DNA of 64,000 nt, from positions 1 to 64,000 of the IMG/VR virus record IMGVR_UViG_3300023174_000096; one strand, written 5' to 3'. The DNA is from a virus. The position numbers and the translations under genes were made by a program. Below the pieces are notes generated by a model that was not told where the DNA came from, ran no database searches, and was given only the letters and a program-made list of their open reading frames with translations. This document shows positions 56,201 to 64,000 of this stretch, piece by piece; position 1 is the stretch's first letter; every line of letters starts with the position of its first letter.

Positions 56201-56776
56201 CCGCCACGTCGGATAACCAGTGCCCACCCCTCCCATCGACAGGGTGGCGAAGCCAGCGTGGACCTTGCCCTCACCGCCGCCCGAGTACAGACCGTTCACC
56301 ACGTTGAACGTCGGGTCCGTCGCGGGCTCGACGCCCGTGCCCGTCACTCCCGAGCCAGAAGCCGTGATGGGTGCCCTGTAGTAGTAGGGATACACGGCGC
56401 GGGCGTCTGCTGCCACGTTGCCCGTGAAAGGCAGGATGCCGTCCCAGAGCTTGAGGATGCCCCAATCGGGCACACCCGTGTTGGAGCTCCCAAGCCATGC
56501 CACGCCTTCACTGCCCACACCGCCCATTGGAGGAGGAATGAGCGCCGCGAGGTCATCGAGGGACACCTGTACGTTCACCCCCGAGTACCGCTCGTACAGG
56601 TTGAGCGTCGAGATCGCCGTCGCGGGGTGTGCGCCCGTGGGGTTCTCGACGTGCGCGTCGAGAGAGCTCGACGGAGCGCCAACGTCACCGGGAGTGAGAG
56701 ACGAGGGGCTGACCGAGCCGGGGGGCGCGAGCCCACCGCCCGTGAGAATTCCCAAGGGGTCGTCAATGCGCGGCAT
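53249..56776 (-). CDS. Putative virion (baseplate/tail) protein, 1175 aa
   Basis: LDAHVENPTGAHPATAI motif seen in tail proteins; composition; operon context. Confidence 0.65.
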   Translation of the reverse strand: MPRIDDPLGILTGGGLAPPGSVSPSSLTPGDVGAPSSSLDAHVENPTGAHPATAISTLNLYERYSGVNVQVSLDDLAALIPPPMGGVGSEGVAWLGSSNTGVPDWGILKLWDGILPFTGNVAADARAVYPYYYRAPITASGSGVTGTGVEPATDPTFNVVNGLYSGGGEGKVHAGFATLSMGGVGTGYPTWRIFTSIADPHAVVSGIVSPADRGVLALVKWPTGTEPDFGPAASVADIQARCVAALLLGKGVLDNGCDGEPGGVFVEASGGTRASALITNNTNPAPPYTITLDLTGLPGGPPGLVTFTATVAAPTTPYEFQVLGSNVFTSESLAVALNNLYFPTLLVAIPTGGGTVKIIPVATGTVGNSISLSDTAPPGAYTLVNGAGGVDAIISPYNFPGRAAGQYNLDEIHLGATVSIGGEDPFFNPAAGQVRLLTDPAAVGFSPGTAPGGLPIFGATANAIGSVVPLPGFSFNVGGGTASNFFAYRLPYLKDYSATTGLIYTPTAEKGRFTTPIAPASVVTLDPAGDYDDFTADFWAFQIARYRHRFVLATGAAITRTDDSYALVHFKKEAYFEAYVRDGVVPTSDQLYSVNLVQWTGSAFPYDILENLITASTSPEASVANPVNRAEIVEDNSGTVTPTSVTLDVTYVTNGDTTFYSGVEYYVPIDRTTANDPAFGINVLDLEVINVFADSYRSHDVIPTGGTLSGDSRKYALNQNLAFLSLSSFSYEGTENPAVGGISSALTVFFNGLGEYRRQRIEFGYADVALASADAFAPVPTDHLIYNFTASGNVLNSIRFSGDAVTPAFTTDAKARLFVRRLLNVDGVTGYPLPYAGGTGGPARGFTLANTTGDAVLFHSMREDNTAALVPYGNPDDVTRATLNAPKDVSERFLDEVYRYPENWTPLNFTFPADATQLQGPGLPFGPAPIAVPVRPVNGDPNYPGWFFQNLHKSVLVNAAGNLGNALQVAGLPARNPDYTEGLTSPFPSRGVLIYPQTNYTSVYVPVGPDYSGLTGDRVYIRAFDADAANAGLSTVTFRLWGVELTDFQYTALTAPGATGMAVMVKVPGLTTWMDAGRADGTGPSKQDIALDGAGCLVTSTVATDTVSQIRYTDVTVNLSPAALFINGEGKCPVLVKVIIKNDAGGVGKALNFVGGGETAATDTLRGLVGIEINP

Positions 56777-56778
56777 GG

Positions 56779-59700
56779 TCAGTTCCCTGCGGAGAGGAGG
56801 AGGTTCTTGGTGCGATAGACAGCCACCACCGAGGTCGGGACACCCATAGGGTCGGCCACGATGATCTTGTTGTCCGCGTCGAGGATCGCGAAACGCGAGA
56901 ACACCACGAGGACGAGCTCGCTGGGGCGAAACAGCAAGCTGGGGACTGCGGGGTTGACCCGCGCCAGCATGGTGGTGAAGGTCTTGTGCCGCACGGCCCC
57001 GGAGAGCGGTTGGGTCATCGCCGTGGGCTTGTACCCGAGGTGGTTGACGTAGTCGTAGAAGGCACGGAACTCCGCGTCGATGGCCGTCCCCCTGCCTGCC
57101 ACGGCGTTCCCGAGGGTCATGAGGTTCGACCCGTCCATCGGGACCATCGAGTGCAGGGTGAGCGTGCCCGTCGCAGCGTTGAAGTCACTCACGGACACCG
57201 TGGCCGTCGCCGCGAAGTACCACTCCTGCGGGAACCCAATGCCCACGTTGGGGGTGGGGATGGGGTCGAGCGGCGCGGCGTAGGGGAAGGCGAGTTCTGC
57301 ACTGCCCGCACTGGTCTGACCCGTCCAGATTTGGTTGGACACGGACAGGGGTTCCAGCACCAAGCCCTCCGGGAGGAGCGTCGTGGGCACCCCGCCCGCT
57401 TGGACGCCACACGTCTGGGGCGCGGTCGTCTGGTAGTACACGTCGAGGCGGTACCCCGTGCCCGCGTCGGGGATCGGGTCTTGCGGTGTGTAGACCACCA
57501 CCACGGGGACTTGTTGACCCGCTGCGGGGTTGATGGTGACCTTCCGCTCCGAGCTCCCGAGAGATGCGGCCAGCGTCGGGAGACCGCCCACCGTGAGGCC
57601 CGTGGTGGTCTGGATGCGCCGAGGCGGATACACTAGGGTTTGACTGCGGGTGACGACGGTGTCGGTCACCAACTGGGACTTCTGCTCCAGCAGCACCTCA
57701 CGGAACGGCACCCGGAGCTTGGGCTGTGGCACCCACGTCGCGTCCATCTCCGTCGGCCTTTGTGCCGCGTCGTACTGCACAATCGCCCCGCCGTCATACG
57801 GGGCGTAACCCGTGCCCGTGTCGGGGGTGAGCGCAGCACGGGGCGTGCGAGTGAGCCCCGCGCCCGTGGGGTAGGTGATCTCAAGCTCGATGAACAGTCG
57901 CCTCCGCGAACCGTTGCCGCCGAGGACCGTGTCCACGAGCTTTGTCCCCGACCCTACCACGTTGATCACCTGTGGGTTGGCGTCGAGGGTCATGGTGACG
58001 ATGTCCGTCCCGATCCCCACGATGTTCTTGAACTGGATCGTCTGGTCTACCGGGACGGTGCTGTGACCGTCGTCGTGGTAGCTCACCAGCACGTCGGTCA
58101 CGCGCGTCCCCAAGGGCCACGTCCCGGCCACCGTGTTTACCGCCGGGGCGGCGGTCCAGTTCTGGAGGGACGAGGTACGGAGCGCGCCAAAGTCGAGAGT
58201 GACAGTGTCCCCCTCTGTCCAGCGGTTGACCGCTGCGTTCGTCACCGCGAAGCCCGGGGGGTACGGCCCCGCGTTGGGGAGAACTTCAAAGATCACGCGC
58301 TCGACCACGGGCTGCGAGCCAAACCGTCTCGCGATGTGGTCGAACGTGCGGATGCGGTCGCCAAACACGTTGGCCGAGGGGTCGGTTGAGCGGGCGATCT
58401 CGTCGCACACCATCGGGGTGGTGGACTGCCCGCCCGACCCGCTCCCAATGATCCCCATGTCCGAGGCGTCCACCTGCCAAGTGAGGTTGGTGGAGTCGAG
58501 GAGGGATTGGGTCTGGACCTTGAGCTCCGAGGCGTAGTCGTACCCCGGCGGGGTGACGTGCCGACGAAGGTCGAGGATGTCCACCGCACTGATGAGGTCG
58601 TGGAACAGACCGTCCGGGCGATCTGACTTGGTCGCCACGATGGCCACGGGACCCGCGCTGTCGAGGTGCGTGTTGTTGAAACCAAGGTGCGTCTGGGAGA
58701 TGCCCCCGTTGGCGTTCCCTGCGGGGTTGAATCCACCCGTGCCCGAAGCGTCGTTGCGGCGGAACGCGAAGCACACGGGGATCGCGTACACGAACCCGTC
58801 CGCCGTGCCCAGCGCCGTGGCCGACGCAGAACTGCCATCACCCGCGAGGTACAGACCCCCGTCCACGAACCCGTAGGCCGTCGCGTCCGAGTTGAGGTTG
58901 ATGGTGGTGTTGTCAGCAGGGACGAAGGGGTAGCCCGCGACGGGAGCGCCTGTAGCGCCCTGTGCGAGGACGCTGATGTTGCTGAACCCATCGGGCTGCG
59001 TCTTGGGGTTCACCCCGAGCGGCACGTCACCGTAGACACGGATGCGGTACTGCACCTGCACCCGTTGGGTGCTCTCCACGTTCAACGCCGGGTCTACCAA
59101 GTTGTCCGGGAGGTCCACGCCCGAGGGAGAGCTCACGTTGCCGTGTCGGTAGATCGTGTCCTGCGTGGGCTTGTTCGGGCGATTGGCACCCCCCGTGAGG
59201 TTCGGCCCCGAGAGGACGATGGAGCCCGCCACTGCTTCCACCCTCGCGAGGGTGACACCGTTGCCCGCTGCGCCACCAGCACCCGCTGTCACTTGGACGA
59301 TGCTGGAACTGTGGGCGTTCGCCACGGCGAAGTTCGGGTACAGCGCAGTGGCATTGATTGCCGCCGCGAGGTTGATCCCCGTCACGTCCGCGTTCGCGCC
59401 GATCTGGAACTGGTTCGGCCCCGGCACACCCACGACCGCTGTGAAGGTCACGGTGGGGCCAACAATCGCGCCCGTGTTGAGGGTGACGGTGTCCCCCGCA
59501 GAAATCGAGAACGGGGCGTTGGCGATCTGGACATACCCGTAGGCGCGGGGCGACGGTGCCACCTGTGCGCGCCACACCTCCAAGAACACGAAGTCCGTGC
59601 GCTTGATGTCCGGGGGCAGACCCGAGGAAGGGTCTGCCGGGGGGAGCGTGATGAGGTTCTGTCCCGCCGTCGTGGTGTTGGTGTACTCGACCACCACGGG

Positions 59701-60009
59701 CATCCCCGCCACGTTGGCCAACAACCGAGAGAGGGCGAAGGTGTCAGCAGGAAACGCAGGGCTGAATCCGTAGTCCCCAAGCGCCGAGGTGATCCCCTGC
59801 CTACGGATGAACCCCGAGGGGAGCACCGAGCCCGAGAGAAGCACCCGGTTGTACTCGCTGGCGTCCTGCGCGAGGTTGAGTTCCGCGTCGAGGATCGGAC
59901 GCCCCGCTTGGTACACCACCGTGTCCCACGAGTAGTCGGCGGGCGTGAGGTCGCGCGATACCGACGAAGGGACGGCGGGGAGATTGAGATATCGGTTGAA
60001 TAGGGGCAT
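56779..60009 (-). CDS. Putative baseplate wedge/tail protein, 1076 aa
   Basis: VVYQAGRPILDAELN, RTDFVFLEVW, RVQVQYRIRV, DGFVYAIP, DRPDGLF. Confidence 0.65.
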   Translation of the reverse strand: MPLFNRYLNLPAVPSSVSRDLTPADYSWDTVVYQAGRPILDAELNLAQDASEYNRVLLSGSVLPSGFIRRQGITSALGDYGFSPAFPADTFALSRLLANVAGMPVVVEYTNTTTAGQNLITLPPADPSSGLPPDIKRTDFVFLEVWRAQVAPSPRAYGYVQIANAPFSISAGDTVTLNTGAIVGPTVTFTAVVGVPGPNQFQIGANADVTGINLAAAINATALYPNFAVANAHSSSIVQVTAGAGGAAGNGVTLARVEAVAGSIVLSGPNLTGGANRPNKPTQDTIYRHGNVSSPSGVDLPDNLVDPALNVESTQRVQVQYRIRVYGDVPLGVNPKTQPDGFSNISVLAQGATGAPVAGYPFVPADNTTINLNSDATAYGFVDGGLYLAGDGSSASATALGTADGFVYAIPVCFAFRRNDASGTGGFNPAGNANGGISQTHLGFNNTHLDSAGPVAIVATKSDRPDGLFHDLISAVDILDLRRHVTPPGYDYASELKVQTQSLLDSTNLTWQVDASDMGIIGSGSGGQSTTPMVCDEIARSTDPSANVFGDRIRTFDHIARRFGSQPVVERVIFEVLPNAGPYPPGFAVTNAAVNRWTEGDTVTLDFGALRTSSLQNWTAAPAVNTVAGTWPLGTRVTDVLVSYHDDGHSTVPVDQTIQFKNIVGIGTDIVTMTLDANPQVINVVGSGTKLVDTVLGGNGSRRRLFIELEITYPTGAGLTRTPRAALTPDTGTGYAPYDGGAIVQYDAAQRPTEMDATWVPQPKLRVPFREVLLEQKSQLVTDTVVTRSQTLVYPPRRIQTTTGLTVGGLPTLAASLGSSERKVTINPAAGQQVPVVVVYTPQDPIPDAGTGYRLDVYYQTTAPQTCGVQAGGVPTTLLPEGLVLEPLSVSNQIWTGQTSAGSAELAFPYAAPLDPIPTPNVGIGFPQEWYFAATATVSVSDFNAATGTLTLHSMVPMDGSNLMTLGNAVAGRGTAIDAEFRAFYDYVNHLGYKPTAMTQPLSGAVRHKTFTTMLARVNPAVPSLLFRPSELVLVVFSRFAILDADNKIIVADPMGVPTSVVAVYRTKNLLLSAGN

Positions 60010-60063
60010 TTCTCGTCGCCTTCGCCTAGCGGTTGGGGATAGGCTTTCTAGCCGCCCACGACC

Positions 60064-61398
60064 CTACAGCGACTTCGCCGCGAGGTCTGCCAAGGGGCTG
60101 CGGACGCCCTCACCAAGGTAGACGGACCCTGCGAGGGGGCTGTCCCGAGTCATCTTCGCGGCGTGTACCAACCCGTTGCTGAAGGCATCCAGAAACGGGT
60201 CGTCGATCTGCGAGGGGTCGCCACACAGGACCACCTTGGTCCCGTTCGCAGCGCGAGACACCACGGTCTTCACCTCGTGGGGGGTGGCGTTCTGGATCTC
60301 GTCGAAGAGCAGGAACGCCCGAGGGATCGACCGCCCACGGATCGAGTGCATGGGCTGGATCTCCACCTGTCCCGATTGGACCAGTTGCTCCCAGTTCTTC
60401 TCCTTGACGCCCCGGTGCTTGTTCTCCTTCGCGTCGGTGGTGAGCAACTGGTCGAGGTTGTCGAAGAAGCTCATCATCCACGGGTGGAGCTTGTCGCTCT
60501 CCGAGCCCGGGAGGTACCCGAGGTCACGGCCCATCGGGACCACGGGCTTCGACAGGATGATCCGGTCGTAGACGCGATCTAGCTGCTGGAGGCCCGCTTG
60601 GAGGGCCATGAGGGTCTTGCCTGTCCCCGCTGCGCCGAGCAGCACCACCAAGTGGACCTTGGGGTCGAACAAGAGGTCGAGCGCCATGCGCTGCCCGTCG
60701 TTCCGGGCGTCGAACTTCAGTCCTTTCTGGCGAGACACTGGACGTAGTGCAGTGCCCGTCCAGCGGAACAGGCGGTGCGTGCCGTCCCCCTCCAAGAACT
60801 TGATGAACTCGTTGGGCTTCACCCCGGCGAGGTTCACATTTTCGATTACATCCGGCGGGTCGGCTCCGTAGAGAGGCTGAAGGGCATCCGGGTTGGGCAA
60901 CGACCGCTCATAGACGCCAGAGGGCACCTCGTTGGGGTCCACCCGGTCTTTCCGGTAGTCCTCTGCCTTCACCCCCTTGGCAGCAGCGAGGATGCGGAGG
61001 TTCACGTCCTTGGTGACCAGCACCACGGTTTTGTTCGTGAACCGCTCTTGGAGCTTCAGCGCACTCCCGAGGATGAGCAGGTCCATCTTGCGGGAGAGAG
61101 TTGTGTTTTGCAGACTCTCAAAGTGCTCGTCCTGCCCGACGACGTAGAACACGCTCCCGGTCTTGGGGTCAGCGATCCCATCGGGGCTGTTGACATCTCC
61201 CTGTGAGACGATCCGGGCGATGCGCCGCGAGGCCACCCGCGCAGAGCTCGCCACCTCTCGGCGCTGCGACACCTTGAGGTCGTCGAGCTCCATCACCACG
61301 AAGATGGGGATGGCCACCGACGTGTCTCGGAAGGATCGCAGGGCTTCGGGGTCGTGGACGAGGACGGACGTGTCGAGGACGTACAGCTTGTTGTTCAC
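60064..61398 (-). CDS. phoH: PIN-domain + PhoH-like ATPase
   Basis: VLDTSVLVHDP, VTKDVNLR, GAAGTGKT, LGYLPG, IRGRS, DEIQN, GDPSQID. Confidence 0.9.
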   Translation of the reverse strand: MNNKLYVLDTSVLVHDPEALRSFRDTSVAIPIFVVMELDDLKVSQRREVASSARVASRRIARIVSQGDVNSPDGIADPKTGSVFYVVGQDEHFESLQNTTLSRKMDLLILGSALKLQERFTNKTVVLVTKDVNLRILAAAKGVKAEDYRKDRVDPNEVPSGVYERSLPNPDALQPLYGADPPDVIENVNLAGVKPNEFIKFLEGDGTHRLFRWTGTALRPVSRQKGLKFDARNDGQRMALDLLFDPKVHLVVLLGAAGTGKTLMALQAGLQQLDRVYDRIILSKPVVPMGRDLGYLPGSESDKLHPWMMSFFDNLDQLLTTDAKENKHRGVKEKNWEQLVQSGQVEIQPMHSIRGRSIPRAFLLFDEIQNATPHEVKTVVSRAANGTKVVLCGDPSQIDDPFLDAFSNGLVHAAKMTRDSPLAGSVYLGEGVRSPLADLAAKSL

Positions 61399-62501
61399 AC
61401 GCCCTCCAAGAGGGGTGCGAGGCTAGGTAGGCCGAAAATGTGGGGGTGGGTCTTCAAGTTCCTACCGGGGGTTTCCCATCGGTCGATCACCGACGAATAG
61501 CGGGAAGAGAGTGCTTCCCACAAAGGGTCACGCATAGACAAGACCGTGACGGGCTGGCCCGTCTCCCGCACGAAGGCGTCGATCTTGGCTTGGGTTGCGA
61601 CCGTACCGTCCTCGTGCCTCCACCCCTTGAGCTCTACCCATCCGGCGGGAATCCCGTCCGGGTGATGGGCCAGTAGGTAGAAGTCGGGGGTGTAGTAGCT
61701 GCCGTCCGAGAGATGGAACAGCTTGGGCTCGTAGTTGTAAGGCACCGCAAGATGAAGGAGCACCCGGGCAAAATTCGCCTCGAACGTGGACCGACAGTAG
61801 TGCGGGATGCCCGCACGGAATCCGCAGATGCCACGCCCACCACCTTGTGGTGCGAGGGTGCCGTTACGGATGCGGGACTCAAGGCTCTTGCGACGGGTCT
61901 CTGGGTCCCTCATCCCAATCATCGCACCGTCAGAGAATCGAAGGCGAAGGGCGTCAGATAGCTTTTCTGAATGGTCGGGTCTGGAACGAATTTCTGCAAG
62001 GATGACCCGTCCTCTGCGGCCAAGAGCCGCGCGATATTCTGGAGTGAGGTTATGGGACTTCCCCTTCCCACCCCTTGAGACGGCTTCTCGATGAGCTTCC
62101 GTTAGCGGCTTCCCGCGCCATGCCCCAGCGGCCTCGACCAGACGGGCGGACTGCATCTTCCGCTCGTCCTCACTGGACCACCTTGCCTTCGCCTTCTCGG
62201 CCATCTTCTGCTTGCAAGCGTCCGAGCGAGTGCGAGCTCCCGGGGCGTCCGTGAGGGCATCGGGATAGGCGGCGAGGTAGTCATCACGGGTCATCCCGTG
62301 AGCCGAGGCCAAGTGCGGTGTCAGCATTCGTCGAGACACCCCGCACAAGAGGCAGGAGACACGGTCGGTGGCTGGACTCCCCCGCTTCTGGAGGGACGGA
62401 GCCTTCCGGCACCCGTCGCACTTCACGTTGCGTGTCGCGGGTTTGTACCCCTCAACCTCGACACCACACGCCTTGCACCGGGGCATTTTGGCAGCATCCA
62501 T
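61395..62501 (-). CDS. Free-standing homing-type endonuclease (Zn finger + NUMOD-like repeats + PD-(D/E)xK domain)
   Basis: CLLC..HLASAHGMT..Y; RSTFEANFA..YEPK.F..YTPDFYL..VELKGW. Confidence 0.7.
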   Translation of the reverse strand: MDAAKMPRCKACGVEVEGYKPATRNVKCDGCRKAPSLQKRGSPATDRVSCLLCGVSRRMLTPHLASAHGMTRDDYLAAYPDALTDAPGARTRSDACKQKMAEKAKARWSSEDERKMQSARLVEAAGAWRGKPLTEAHREAVSRGGKGKSHNLTPEYRAALGRRGRVILAEIRSRPDHSEKLSDALRLRFSDGAMIGMRDPETRRKSLESRIRNGTLAPQGGGRGICGFRAGIPHYCRSTFEANFARVLLHLAVPYNYEPKLFHLSDGSYYTPDFYLLAHHPDGIPAGWVELKGWRHEDGTVATQAKIDAFVRETGQPVTVLSMRDPLWEALSSRYSSVIDRWETPGRNLKTHPHIFGLPSLAPLLEGV

Positions 62502-62512
62502 GATATGCTGGC

Positions 62513-62541
62513 ATATTACCCGATGGTGTGGGGCTTGTCAC
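62513..62541 (-). promoter_or_regulatory. Sigma70-like promoter GTGACA-17-TAATAT for the endonuclease gene
   Basis: Revcomp of 62536-41 and 62513-18 with a 17-nt spacer. Confidence 0.55.
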
Positions 62542-62545
62542 GAGA

Positions 62546-63211
62546 TCACGTCGTAAGACGCCAAGAGATCGTGAGAAGAGAGTTTGCGGGCTTTACCAGA
62601 ACCCCCATGACTGTGTAGTTCGCCAAGATGTCCAGCGGGGCAGCGGGGGCCGGGTTGAGGTTGATCGTCGGATCGTAGGTCGGGAATACCGCCGGGACCG
62701 GGTTGGTCACCAATGGGTTCGTGGACCCAGCCCGGATGAGCCCCATCTCGTTGAGCGGACCCACGGCCTCGCTGGCCCCGAAGGTCGCCGTGAAGTCCAC
62801 CACGTTCGTCGGGTAGCTCACCGCCGCGCCCGTAGAGCTACGGAACTGCACCGACGAGAACGGCTTACGGGCGAGCTCGCTGTTGAGCCGCCGTTGCCGG
62901 GGGTCGGGCGCGTCCGGGTTGAGCAACGGTCCCGTCGCCCCGGTGCCCACGGCGAGCATCGTCAACCCGCCTTGGTACAGGGCGGTGGGAGACGCGCCCG
63001 ACGCGAGGAGAATCGCGACGAGGATGCCACCGTCGAGCGTGACGATGTTGGACTTCTCGCGGTGGTCCAGCACCTCGCCCGTGTCGGCGTCCGTGAGCTC
63101 GATGATGTACGTCCCGCGAAGGGAAATCACTCCGTCCGTGTGGCCGAAGCTGAAGCCCGACTTGAGGGCCTCCCGGGGCGTGTTGAACTTGTCCTCGTGA
63201 CGCATACCCAC
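62546..63211 (-). CDS. Putative tail-collar/baseplate protein
   Basis: NIVT..G, LAVGTG, L.SELARK, ATFGASEAVGPLNEMGL. Confidence 0.65.
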   Translation of the reverse strand: MGMRHEDKFNTPREALKSGFSFGHTDGVISLRGTYIIELTDADTGEVLDHREKSNIVTLDGGILVAILLASGASPTALYQGGLTMLAVGTGATGPLLNPDAPDPRQRRLNSELARKPFSSVQFRSSTGAAVSYPTNVVDFTATFGASEAVGPLNEMGLIRAGSTNPLVTNPVPAVFPTYDPTINLNPAPAAPLDILANYTVMGVLVKPANSLLTISWRLTT

Positions 63212-63255
63212 CTCTGGTTATAGGCGGGAAACCCTACCGCGAGGGGCGGGGGATG

Positions 63256-63561
63256 TCAGACGGGAGGTTTGCCGCGAAAGGCACGGATGCTGGGGGCGTT
63301 GGTTTCCACGACCTCCTTCGACCCGTCTTCCCACTGGATGAGAGACTTGAAGGGCTTCGCGGAGGTCATCTTGAGGATCGTCCCGTAGACCGATCCGGTT
63401 CCCTTGGCGTCCGACTTGACCACAGAATACCCGACCTTCCAAGGTGAGGTGGCACCCTTCCCCGGAATAGCCGCTTCTTTGAGGAGGGGCAGGAGGTGCG
63501 GACGAAGTTCGGGCTGTTGGTGCGCCAGCCGGATGACCTTGGAACGGAGAGTGTTGCTCAT
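63256..63561 (-). CDS. Small SH3-like protein with N-terminal LRPHLLPLL tag
   Basis: [31 protein letters not shown]; WKVG..GTI..IQWEDG. Confidence 0.7.
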   Translation of the reverse strand: MSNTLRSKVIRLAHQQPELRPHLLPLLKEAAIPGKGATSPWKVGYSVVKSDAKGTGSVYGTILKMTSAKPFKSLIQWEDGSKEVVETNAPSIRAFRGKPPV

Positions 63562-63606
63562 GATGCCTCAATGGCGTGATGGAATAGACTCTCAAACGTC
63601 TGGGAC

Positions 63607-64000
63607 TCAGCCCCACACCTGTTGCTGGCTCCCGTCCACCCAGACGGTGACCACTCCCGGTGCCGCGCCCGTTCGCAGGACGAAGAGGGTCTGGCGGAAG
63701 GTCGTGCCCTCGTCGGTGCCCCGCACCACGCCATCGGAGGGACCCACGGCGTAGAGCATCCGGGGCTCTGCGTTGGTGGTGGTGGGTGACCCTTGGCCCG
63801 AGAACGGGATCACCGTCCCGGTCCCCGTGATGAACGAGTACGTCCCGAGGGGGCCACCATCGAAGCCGTTGCCCGACGCGAGCAGGGCGTAGCGGTAGGT
63901 GCCGGGGCCGCGCCCACGTCTGACCGCGCCCATGCCCGCGTAGTTGTCGTTGAGGTAGCTGCCCGCGAAGGCGAACTCGGTCGCGCCCCAAGAACCGTTC
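63607..64000 (-). CDS. C-terminal part of a putative structural protein (runs off window end)
   Basis: Frame open from window edge to TGA at 63607. Confidence 0.6.
   Translation of the reverse strand, partial: NGSWGATEFAFAGSYLNDNYAGMGAVRRGRGPGTYRYALLASGNGFDGGPLGTYSFITGTGTVIPFSGQGSPTTTNAEPRMLYAVGPSDGVVRGTDEGTTFRQTLFVLRTGAAPGVVTVWVDGSQQQVWG

Noticed and set aside
1-64000. Alternative genetic code (stop-codon reassignment)
   Set aside because: Long genes are intact under code 11, and TGA/TAG/TAA all end coherent genes; the short VR ORFs overlap in shifted frames, so readthrough would not join them

Overview
A very GC-rich 64-kb segment of what looks like a large (jumbo-type) tailed phage genome. 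No host rRNA or housekeeping operons are present. (1) 1-11.8 kb is an early/host-takeover-like region: a divergent MoxR/CobS-type AAA+ ATPase and CobT-like partner, then many tiny, often acidic genes. 17 copies of a promoter-like motif (CGATTCTTGGTTAC-N14-CTCCGTGG) lie in front of these genes, and there are two unannotated structured RNAs with T-loops. (2) 11.8-28.5 kb is an accessory region with a sigma-like protein, an ATP-grasp enzyme, two Dam-type methyltransferases and a 2H phosphoesterase. Most notably it holds 14 dispersed cassettes (mostly stand-alone 50-76 aa mini-genes) encoding only the C-terminal variable region of an FGE-type C-type-lectin fold. They carry the codon signature of DGR adenine mutagenesis and surround one FGE-fold gene that lacks exactly that segment. 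No RT or template repeat is in the window. (3) 28.5-64 kb holds giant putative virion genes (3538, 1175, 1076, 853 aa) mixed with dcd, an MT-A70 methyltransferase, thermonuclease, GIY-YIG, PIN-PhoH and a homing-type endonuclease. Four unrelated proteins share a ~25-aa LRxKLIRLAH..P.LRPHLLPLL tag that resembles a capsid-targeting signal. All calls come from reading the sequence and motifs by eye; no searches were run.
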